Below, in pieces: positions 1 through 7,781 of a stretch of DNA of 10,273 nucleotides. Position 1 is the stretch's first letter; each line of letters begins with the position of its first letter. The notes beneath the pieces were generated by a model. That model was not told the origin of the DNA. It was given only the letters and a program-made list of their open reading frames with translations, and did not search any database. Source of the stretch: Bdellovibrionota bacterium FG-2 (GTDB lineage: Bacteria; Bdellovibrionota; UBA1018); assembly GCA_051382305.1 (NCBI GenBank), contig JBBCAV010000326.1, positions 1 through 10,273 of the forward strand, given 5' to 3'. The translations under genes were made by a program, and so were the position numbers.

Positions 1-6
1 CACTTA

Positions 7-12
7 TATAAT
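7..12 (+). promoter_or_regulatory. Possible sigma70-type -10 hexamer upstream of the cluster
   Basis: Exact TATAAT at 7-12 in an AT-rich stretch, ending 53 nt before the ATG at 66. Any -35 element would lie outside the window. Confidence 0.35.
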
Positions 13-65
13 ATACAGATTTATCACAGAGCGAATGGGCGATATTTTTTTGGGGGATTCTTAGA

Positions 66-1364
66 ATGAGTGGGTTCGAGGCTGCAGATTCGGACAAAGT
101 CGTTAGAAATATTTTAGATCTTCTATCCGAAATCGAGTTAGGGAATTTTTCTAAAAAAATTGGAGATGCCGAGGACTACGGCATTTTTGCCCCAGTTATT
201 GCAAAGCTCAATTCATTTGTTCATTCCCAGGAAATGAATGGCATTTTTCGCGGCATTATCATGTCGACACAAGACTCCATTCTCATGATGGATTCGGATG
301 GGCGAATCACATATTGGAATCCCGCTGCCGAGAAGTTGTTCGGCTACACAAAGGCCGAGGCCGTGGGGAACAATTTGCATACCTTGCTAGTGCCCGCAAA
401 GTATCATGCTTCCTTTGAAGGGGCCTTTCCGAACTTCTTGTTAACAGGGCAGGGGGGGCTAATTGGAAAAACGATTGAAGTCGCTGCCTTGCACAAAAAG
501 GGGCATGAGATTCAAGTTGAACTTTCCTTATCCGCAGTTCGCATGAATGACTCTTGGCACTCTGTCGGGATCATTCGCGATTTGACCGAGCGCAAGGCGC
601 AAAAAGTAATGATCGAAAGCCAACAGTCGAATTTGATGAGTACGCAAGAGCAGCTTTTTCAGACTTTGAAGCTTGCGACTTTAGGTGAAATGGCTGCGGG
701 GATGGCCCATGAGATGAATCAGCCTTTGTCTGGGATTATGCTAGCTGCCCAAATGATTAAAAAGCTAAAAGAGAAGAATTTGCTGACTGACGAAGAATTA
801 AAAGAAAATTTGGGCAAAATTCAACAAAGTGTAGAGCGATGCACTAAAGTGATCGAGCACGTTCGGACGTTTTCTCGGCAGGAAAAGCCAAAATTCAGCG
901 ATGTAGCCGTCAATGAAACCCGCGAATCTGCCCTGATTCTGCTGGGTGAGCAGCTCAGACTTCGCGGCATCGAGGTTGTTAGAACTCTTGATGTTGCACT
1001 CCCGAAAATTCAGGGAGACCTTCATCAACTCGAGCAGATCTGGATCAATCTGCTTACGAATTCTCGGGATGCGCTTGCGGATCGAGGTGGACAGGGAAAG
1101 CAGATCACGATTAAAACTAAGGTCAACTTTGGAAACATTCTTGTAGAGATTGCGGATAATGGAGTTGGGATGTCTCCTGAGGTTCTGGAAAAAGTGTTTG
1201 AGCCCTTTTTTACGACCAAGCCTCCTGGAAAAGGCACGGGCCTGGGGATGTCGATTATTCATGGGATCGTCGAAGCGCATCGTGCAATCATCGAAGTTAA
1301 GAGTGAGCCTCAAAAGGGGACGACGGTAACTGTGGGGTTTCCCTGTGGCGAGGAAGGCGGTTGA
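66..1364 (+). CDS. Cytoplasmic PAS-domain sensor histidine kinase (HisKA + HATPase_c, FixL/NtrB/DctB-like H box); class A1 core
   Basis: 432-aa ORF with GGGGA SD-like motif near 52-57. PAS motif [24 protein letters not shown]...[10 protein letters not shown] box AHEMNQP (CAT 708-710); N box [14 protein letters not shown]1 DNGVG; F box FEPFFTTK; G2 GTGLG. No hydrophobic TM stretch. Confidence 0.95.
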   Translation: MSGFEAADSDKVVRNILDLLSEIELGNFSKKIGDAEDYGIFAPVIAKLNSFVHSQEMNGIFRGIIMSTQDSILMMDSDGRITYWNPAAEKLFGYTKAEAVGNNLHTLLVPAKYHASFEGAFPNFLLTGQGGLIGKTIEVAALHKKGHEIQVELSLSAVRMNDSWHSVGIIRDLTERKAQKVMIESQQSNLMSTQEQLFQTLKLATLGEMAAGMAHEMNQPLSGIMLAAQMIKKLKEKNLLTDEELKENLGKIQQSVERCTKVIEHVRTFSRQEKPKFSDVAVNETRESALILLGEQLRLRGIEVVRTLDVALPKIQGDLHQLEQIWINLLTNSRDALADRGGQGKQITIKTKVNFGNILVEIADNGVGMSPEVLEKVFEPFFTTKPPGKGTGLGMSIIHGIVEAHRAIIEVKSEPQKGTTVTVGFPCGEEGG

Positions 1365-1373
1365 GGAAGTTCA

Positions 1374-2513
1374 ATGAATAATTCAAAAATCTTGGTCATC
1401 GATGATGAGGAGACCATTCGCGAAGGGCTGGCGAAGCTTTTGAAACTTGATGGATATGAAGTGCTCACCGCCGTGGATGGTCCGCATGGTCTTGAGGCTT
1501 TTGATCGATTTGATCCGAATATTGTGCTTACGGATATCAAGATGCCCCACATGGATGGGATAGAGGTTCTTAAAAGAATTAGGGAAAAATCCCAACAAAC
1601 CGGCGTGATTTTAATCACGGGCCATGGAGACCGCGACTTGGCCATCAGAGCTTTGCGGGATGGGGCGTTTGATTTTTTTAACAAGCCGGTCGACTTTGAT
1701 AAGTTAAGTCACTTGATCAAACGCAAACTTGAGGCGCAGGAGCTTGATCGAGAGCGGGAACGTCTACAGGTTCAATTGTTTCAATCTTCTAAGCTTGCAA
1801 CTATTGGGACATTGGCGGGGGGCGTGGCCTATGAGCTTAATAGCCCATTGGCGGTGGTCGTGGCTTACGTTGACGAGGTCCGGGCTATGATCGAGGATCG
1901 ACAGGTTGGATCGAAGAAGGTAGAGGAACTCGCTGCAAATCTTGGGATGATTGGCAAATCAGCTGCTCGTATGCAGGCGATTGTCAAACACCTGCTGACT
2001 TATTCACGTCAATCAGATGCTTTGGATTTTCGCGATATCAATCTGAATGATGCCATTAGTAACGCGTTCATGTTTTTTCACAAAAGCTTTCAAAAAGGGA
2101 TGATTTCGGAGGTGTTTTCATTAGCTGAAGATCTGCCTCACGTTTGGGGGGATTTAGGAAAACTTGAAAGTGTCTTTGTGAGCCTCTTTACCAACAGTCG
2201 TGACGCGTTTGAGACGATTACGGACAAGCGTGAGAAGTGTGTTACGATTTCGACCTCGCGCCATTCAAATGGTGGAGTGATGGTCGTCTATAAAGACAAC
2301 GCAGGCGGCATGAGCGCTGAAATCGTGCAGAAAATTTTTGAACCTTTTCTTGGTACCAAGAAAGCGGGAAAAGGGGCCGGTGTCGGAATGGCTGTGACCA
2401 ATGGGGTGGTCGGGGCGCACAAAGGGACAATCGCGCTTGAGAGCGAAATGGGTCAGGGTACTCAATTCACGCTGACTTTTCCCGCCTATCAGCAAGGGGG
2501 CACCAGTGAGTAA
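1374..2513 (+). CDS. N-terminal receiver fused to a degenerate histidine kinase (His->Tyr; candidate pseudokinase); class B core
   Basis: 379 aa with GAGGA SD at 1363-1367. Intact REC (IDDE, LTDIKMP, ITGHG, FNKP). H box reads AYELNSP (TAT 1830-1832); N box SLFTNSRDA; F/G2 region EPFLGTKKAGKGAGVG. Confidence 0.92.
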   Translation: MNNSKILVIDDEETIREGLAKLLKLDGYEVLTAVDGPHGLEAFDRFDPNIVLTDIKMPHMDGIEVLKRIREKSQQTGVILITGHGDRDLAIRALRDGAFDFFNKPVDFDKLSHLIKRKLEAQELDRERERLQVQLFQSSKLATIGTLAGGVAYELNSPLAVVVAYVDEVRAMIEDRQVGSKKVEELAANLGMIGKSAARMQAIVKHLLTYSRQSDALDFRDINLNDAISNAFMFFHKSFQKGMISEVFSLAEDLPHVWGDLGKLESVFVSLFTNSRDAFETITDKREKCVTISTSRHSNGGVMVVYKDNAGGMSAEIVQKIFEPFLGTKKAGKGAGVGMAVTNGVVGAHKGTIALESEMGQGTQFTLTFPAYQQGGTSE

Positions 2514-3678
2514 GATTCTAGTGATCGATGATGAGGAAATGATTCGCGATCTTCTGGCTGAGATTCTGGGATTGGATGGTCACGAAATTCTGAAAGCAGA
2601 GGACGGTGAAGAAGGGGTCAGGATTTGCGGGGAGGCTGAGCCGGATGTGGTGATTTCGGATCTCACTATGCCCAAGATGGGCGGGCTGGAGGTTCTAAAA
2701 AGAATCAAGGAAAACGCCCTTGCAAACGGCCAAAGTGGACCCGGCGTGATTTTATTGACCGGCCAGGGAGACTCCGCAACAATCGTTGAAGCCCTGCGCC
2801 TTGGGGCTTTTGATTTTGCCAGCAAACCGGTTGATTTTGACAAACTTTGGGTTTCGATTAGGCGTATTCTAGAACTTCAAACTGCTGAGCGGGAACGAGA
2901 GCGATTGAAAGGGCAATTGTACCACTCCGCAAAACAAGCCTCTGTGGGGACGCTCGCGGCCGGAATTGCTCACGAGTTGAACAATCCGCTAGCGGTGGTC
3001 GTAGCGTATGTGGAACAGTTTTTGGCAGCTCTTAAAGAACCGCTATCGGGACCGCGGGATAATGGCAAAAGTGCAACGATGGCGCCCGATAAACTCGAGG
3101 AGATCGAGGGATATCTGAGCATGATCGCTAAGTCTACGACGCGTATGAATTTGATAGTCAATAATTTATTGGCCTATGCGCATCAATCCGAGTCCACGGT
3201 TTGGCGTGAGGTAGATGTCAATGAAGTGATAAGAAGTTCGCTTTTGTTTTTAAAAGGGAGCTTCGAAAAAAATCACATCGCCTCGCCTTTTGTTCTGGGC
3301 AGTGACTTGCCGCCCGTTTGGGGAGATACGGGACAGCTTGAGAGTGTTTTTACGAATCTTATGGCCAACTCACGTGATGCATTCGAAACCGTTAAGGACG
3401 ATCGTGAGAAGCAAGTAACACTTTCGTCTGCTCGCTCGGCAAAGGGTGACGTGCTTATTGTCTATGAAGACAATGCGGGTGGAATGACCGCCGAGACCTT
3501 GCAAAGAGTTTTTGATCCTTTCTTTACGACGAAAGAAGTCGGAAAAGGGACGGGCTTGGGGATGTCCGTGACCTTTGGTGTAGTTGAAAACCACAAGGGC
3601 ACAATCTCAGTTGAAAGTGAATTTGGAAAAGGAACTAAGTTTACGCTGACCTTTCCGGCCTGTCAGGCGAAGAACTAA
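2506..3678 (+). CDS. Hybrid REC-histidine kinase; class B core
   Basis: GTG start overlaps the previous stop (GTGAGTAA, 2506-2513). REC (IDDE, ISDLTMP, LTGQG, ASKP); H box AHELNNP (CAC 2971-2973); N box NLMANSRDA; DNAGG; FDPFFTTK; GTGLG. Confidence 0.95.
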   Translation: MSKILVIDDEEMIRDLLAEILGLDGHEILKAEDGEEGVRICGEAEPDVVISDLTMPKMGGLEVLKRIKENALANGQSGPGVILLTGQGDSATIVEALRLGAFDFASKPVDFDKLWVSIRRILELQTAERERERLKGQLYHSAKQASVGTLAAGIAHELNNPLAVVVAYVEQFLAALKEPLSGPRDNGKSATMAPDKLEEIEGYLSMIAKSTTRMNLIVNNLLAYAHQSESTVWREVDVNEVIRSSLLFLKGSFEKNHIASPFVLGSDLPPVWGDTGQLESVFTNLMANSRDAFETVKDDREKQVTLSSARSAKGDVLIVYEDNAGGMTAETLQRVFDPFFTTKEVGKGTGLGMSVTFGVVENHKGTISVESEFGKGTKFTLTFPACQAKN

Positions 3679-3717
3679 TGTCATATTTTTGGCGCCGCTT
3701 CTTATCGGCTAAAGGCA

Positions 3718-3783
3718 TTGCCAAAGATCTCGCCTAATCTTTATAGAACACTTACAATTGTGGAGTATTCACCATATTGGAGG
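3718..3783 (+). promoter_or_regulatory. Possible internal promoter and RBS in the only sizeable intergenic gap
   Basis: 113-nt gap (3679-3791) containing TTGCCA (3718-3723), TATAGA (3742-3747), TACAAT (3753-3758) and a GGAGG SD (3779-3783) 8 nt before GTG 3792. The promoter matches are imperfect; the RBS is good. Confidence 0.3.
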
Positions 3784-3791
3784 GGCTTTGA

Positions 3792-4899
3792 GTGAACAGT
3801 GATTCTCAAGATCGGACTGACAGCGAATTCAATCGAAGTATTGTCGAATCCCTGAGCGATATGTTGCTAGTCCTAAATCTTGATGGAACGATCAAGAAGG
3901 TGAATCGTTGGGTTGTAAAAACTTAAGTTCGCGGAAAGCGAGCTTATTGGTAAACCCGTTTATGAAATCGCTGACGGTTTGAAGACGAGATTCATGGCCG
4001 TCGACGCGGTAGAGCGCATTGTAGCAATGCTGCCAGAGTACAAAGAAGAAAATTTTCATACCAAGGATGGGGATCGAGTTCCCGTGCTTTTGTCTCACTC
4101 GGTATTTCATGATGACAAAAATGAAGTCAGCGGCGTCGTTTGGTTGGCCAGAGATATCTCTGAGTTGAAGTCGTCTACGGCTCAGCTCGTTCAGATGGAT
4201 AAACTCAGTGCCATGGGGGAGCTGACTGCCGGGGTGGCTCATGAACTCAATCAGCCGCTAAACGGCATCAAGTTGATCGCGCAAGGCCTGCGTCGGGATC
4301 TGGAGAAGAAGCGGTTCAGTGAAGCGACGCTAGGAGAGGAGATTGCGAGCATAATTCTCCAAGTGGATAAAATGTCAGAAATCATCACCCATATGCGGAT
4401 TTTCACGCGAAAAAGCGACGGCCCGATCACCGACTTGATTAGTCTCAATGATCCTATCACGGGGGTCTTTAAGCTATTTGGAAAACAAATTGAAACGCAC
4501 GGGATCGGTGTCACGATCGAGCTTCAGCCTGATCTACCGAAAATCAGAGGTGACGCCATTCGAATTGAGCAGGTGTTGTTGAACCTTATCGGGAACGCTC
4601 GAAATATTCTGGAGACTTCTAAGAAGCAAGGCGCGAAAATCTGCGTGAAAACCTTAACAAGCGCCGATGGCAAGAGTGTGGAAGCCTGGGTAGTCGATAA
4701 TGGGCCAGGGATCTTGGAGCGGAACAAGAAGAAGATGTTTGAGCCCTTCTTTACCACCATGGCCCCAGGCAAAGGGACAGGTTTAGGATTGAGTGTCTCA
4801 AAAAAGATTGTTGAGGAGCATGGGGGCGCGATCACTTTTGTGACTAAAGAGGGTGAGGGCACGACTTTTAAAGTGGTGCTTCCGGTGGCTATAGTATGA
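3792..4899 (+). CDS. PAS-domain sensor histidine kinase, class A2 core, frameshifted at about 3917-3926 (sequencing error or pseudogene); about 369 aa if repaired
   Basis: GTG 3792 frame reads MNSDSQDRTDSEFNRSIVESLSDMLLVLNLDGTIKKVNRWVVKT* (TAA 3924-3926), which is the first half of a PAS domain. The frame of the 3979-4899 ORF is open from 3919 and reads KLKFAESELIGKPVYEI..., the PAS continuation. Downstream: HELNQP (CAT 4240-4242), NLIGNAR, DNGPG, FEPFFTT, GTGLG. Confidence 0.88.
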
Positions 4900-4927
4900 G
4901 TATGAGCTTCAGTATAAGGACAATACT

Positions 4928-6148
4928 ATGAGAAGAGTTTTGCTGATCGAAGATGATGAAACGGCCCGAACCACGTTAGGCAAGGTTCTTAGTAAAGAGG
5001 GCTTTGACGTCAGCGTTGCGGTAGACGGCAAAGAGGGACTCGAGAAGTTTCAAAAGGATTTTCCTAGTATCGTGATCACGGATTTACGGATGCCCAATGT
5101 TGATGGCATGGAGGTGTTGCGGAGGATCAAGCAACGCTCTCGCGATACCGAAGTGATTGTGATCTCAGGCCATGGCGACTATGACGTCGCCATTGACGCC
5201 TTACGTGCGGGTGCGACGGATTATCTCAAAAAACCAGTCAATTTAGATGATCTTCTTCTTGCGGTTGAGTGTTGCGTGGAGAGAATCGCCAAAAGAACGG
5301 CTGTGGTAGTGAAACCGGTCGTTCTTGTCATTGAGGATGAGGAGCAGGCAAGAGATCTTTTGTGTGAGCAAATGACCAAGGAAGGCTGGACCGTGCTCGC
5401 TGCCGGAGATGGCGAGGAGGGAATGAAGATTTTCGGAGAGCAACGCATTGATGTAGTACTTACGGACATCAGGCTTCCTAAAAAGGACGGAATGACTTTT
5501 CTTGAGGAAGTAAAAGCCGGAAATGAATGCGAAGTGATCGTGATGTCCGGCCACGGGGATGAGGCGACAACCATCAAGGCAATGCGACTAGGCGCTAATA
5601 ACTTCATCCGAAAACCTCTGGATTTGGATCATGTGTTGATCTCTGTTGAACGGGCATTTGAGAAACTGCAGTTAAAGCGGGCCAATCGCTTTCGTGCCCG
5701 AGAGGTGGAGCTCGCTAATCAGATCATTGCTAAAATCTCGGGTGGTGCGCATTCGGTGGACTTTGAAAAGTTGGAAAAAGTGGAAAAACTGGAAAAGGTG
5801 CAATCCATTGATCTTCTTTCCGTTAAAAACCTATTCGATTCTACTGCTATTGCCTGTCTGCTTGTCGGGAAGGATATGGAGATCGCCTATGGCAATCCTC
5901 AATCCGTCGCGGTATTGGGCGGGAAGCCCACGAGTTTTGGAATTTCAGAATTGCTGGCGCTTTCCGGCGCGTCTTTAGATGAAGATGCAGCCAAAGTCAT
6001 CATCGGTAACGTTCAAAAAATTGTGGGCGTTCCCTCAGTTTTAAAAGCTATCCATGTGGGAAGGGCTTCGACAATGGTTGTCCTTTCCGTTTCTATTCCT
6101 GATCTGGTAGCCGTCTTTTTTAGGCCTTCAAATGGAGCTATTGTGTAA
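4928..6148 (+). CDS. Tandem-receiver (REC-REC) response regulator with helical linker and unassigned, possibly PAS-like C-terminal domain
   Basis: 406 aa with AAGGA SD at 4916-4920. REC1 (IEDDE, ITDLRMP, ISGHG, LKKP) and REC2 (IEDEE, LTDIRLP, MSGHG, IRKP). The C-terminal LFDSTAIACLLVGKDMEIAYGNPQSVAVLG resembles a PAS N-terminal half. No HTH or enzymatic output recognised. Confidence 0.9.
   Translation: MRRVLLIEDDETARTTLGKVLSKEGFDVSVAVDGKEGLEKFQKDFPSIVITDLRMPNVDGMEVLRRIKQRSRDTEVIVISGHGDYDVAIDALRAGATDYLKKPVNLDDLLLAVECCVERIAKRTAVVVKPVVLVIEDEEQARDLLCEQMTKEGWTVLAAGDGEEGMKIFGEQRIDVVLTDIRLPKKDGMTFLEEVKAGNECEVIVMSGHGDEATTIKAMRLGANNFIRKPLDLDHVLISVERAFEKLQLKRANRFRAREVELANQIIAKISGGAHSVDFEKLEKVEKLEKVQSIDLLSVKNLFDSTAIACLLVGKDMEIAYGNPQSVAVLGGKPTSFGISELLALSGASLDEDAAKVIIGNVQKIVGVPSVLKAIHVGRASTMVVLSVSIPDLVAVFFRPSNGAIV
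5765..5800 (+). repeat. In-frame 9-nt tandem repeat x4 encoding EKL-EKV-EKL-EKV
   Basis: GAAAAGTTG GAAAAAGTG GAAAAACTG GAAAAGGTG read directly from the sequence. Confidence 0.85.
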
Positions 6149-7781
6149 TGGCTGAAAATATTCTTGTGGTCGACGACGACCCAATGGTTTTAGAGTATCT
6201 GTCAGCAGAGTTGAAGAGGCACTTTTTTAACCCGATTTGCGTAGGGACGGGCGCCGAAGCTTTGGCGCGACTTCCCGAAGCCCAAATTGTTTTCTTGGAT
6301 CTAAAACTTCCTGATATGGACGGGGTCGATATTTTGATCAAAATCAAAGAGCGAAACGCGACTAATCCTCATGTCGAAACTATTGTGATCACGGGTTTCG
6401 GAAACCAGGAAATCGCTATTCGTGCCTTGCGTCTTGGCGCTATTGACTATATTGAAAAGCCGATTCAACTCGAAGAGCTCCGGGCGGCCCTTGGGCGGGC
6501 GCAGGAGGTCCTCTCAAAAAAAACGAATCTTACCGCGATCGATACGATTCTCGTAATTGATGACGAAATCGAAATAGCGGAAAAAATCCGGAGTATCCTG
6601 AAAAAGAAGGTTATCAGGCGTTTTGTTGCCCCAGTGGTCGCGAAGGGCTTGATATTATTTCAAGACAGAAGGTCGACGTTGTGCTCACGGATATCAACAT
6701 GAAGGAGATGAGTGGGCTTGAAGTCTTGAGGCAGGCTAAGCTGCTCTACCCTGATATTGAAGTGATCATGACGACGGGCTTTGGAGGACATGAACTCGCC
6801 GTTCAGAGTCTACGGGCCGGGGCTTTGGATTATCTGCCGAAGCCTGTTAATCTAGACCAGCTTTTGTGGTCGGTTCAAAAGGCGACGGAGAAAATTAGGC
6901 TTTATCGGAGCTCCCTGTATCGGAACCGAGAGCTAAAACTTTCGTCTGAAATCATGGCCAAGATGAACGAAGAGCAAGAGAAGATCATTGCGGAACGAAC
7001 AGCGAAGTTGACCCAGACGCAGGCGAGTCTCATTCAGACTTCAAAATTGGCGACCTTAGGAGAGATGTCTGCTGGGATGGCGCATGAGTTGAATCAACCG
7101 CTCGGTGGGATTTCGCTTGTTTCGCAGACAATGCGAAAACTAAAAAGCAGAAACCTTTTGACGGACGAGGAGCTGGATAAATCGCTCAAAGATATCGATA
7201 CCTGTGTCAAGCGCATGACCAAAATCATCCAGCACGTGCGTACATTTGCAAGGCAGGAGAATCTGAAGTTCACTGAGGTGGATGTGAATGAGACGATCGA
7301 GTCGGCAATCATGCTGCTCGGGGAGCAGCTCCGAATTCACGGAATCGAGCTAACTAAGACTTTCGGGGCTGCGCTGCCTAAGATCGTCGGCGAACCCTAT
7401 CAGTTAGAGCAAGTTTGGATTAATCTGATCACGAACTCGAGAGACGCACTTGATGAGATGGGTGCTAAGCACCAAGCAGAAAAAACTGAGTTTACGAAGA
7501 AGCTCTCTCTTCGCACGTGGTTTGAGGAAACTGAGTTAAGGGTAGAGGTCATCGACAATGGGATTGGGATGACTCAGGACCAATTAGAAAAAGTTTTTCA
7601 ACCCTTCTATACTACGAAGCCTGTTGGAAAGGGGATGGGTCTAGGGATGTCAATTACTTACGGTATTCTTGAAGCCCATAAAGGGAAAATTGAAATTCAC
7701 AGCGAAAAAGGCAAAGGGACCACGATTCTTGTCAAACTGCCGGTGGCATTAAAGAATGAAACAAAGAATGGTGTAATCTGA
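6148..7781 (+). CDS. REC-REC-histidine kinase, class A1 core, frameshifted at the A5 run 6601-6605; about 544 aa if repaired
   Basis: Start coupled to the previous stop (TAATG). Frame 1 gives REC1 and the start of REC2 (ILVIDDEIEIAEKIRSILK). The -1 frame from 6603 continues KEGYQAFCCPSGREGLDIISRQKVDVVLTDINMK into the 6681-7781 ORF, which has HELNQP (CAT 7083-7085), NLITNSRDA, DNGIG, FQPFYTTK and GMGLG. One extra A restores LKKEGY. Confidence 0.9.

Noticed and set aside
20-29. TTTATCACAG resembling a DnaA box
   Set aside because: It does not fit TTWTNCACA exactly, is a single copy, and has no origin context.
3689-3710. TTGGCG as a sigma54 -24 element, and the GCCG/CGGC hairpin as a terminator
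   Set aside because: There is no GC at the -12 position 10 nt after the GG, and the stem is only 4 bp with no U tract.
1-3758. CACTTA immediately before a -10-like hexamer upstream of both PAS kinases (1-6 and 3749-3754)
   Set aside because: Only a 6-nt match with different spacing to the hexamer; chance is adequate.
3918-3927. prfB-like +1 programmed frameshift at ACT TAA G
   Set aside because: The in-frame codon before the stop is ACT rather than CTT, and PAS spacing favours two missing bases.
4893-4918. AGTATG AGTATG ... AGTATA short repeats around a stop codon
   Set aside because: Very short, overlapping the stop and RBS; no evidence for an operator.
6681-7781. Treating 6681-7781, 3979-4899 and 9846-10211 as independent genes
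   Set aside because: Each begins mid-domain (REC beta3, PAS core, H box) and continues seamlessly from the upstream frame.
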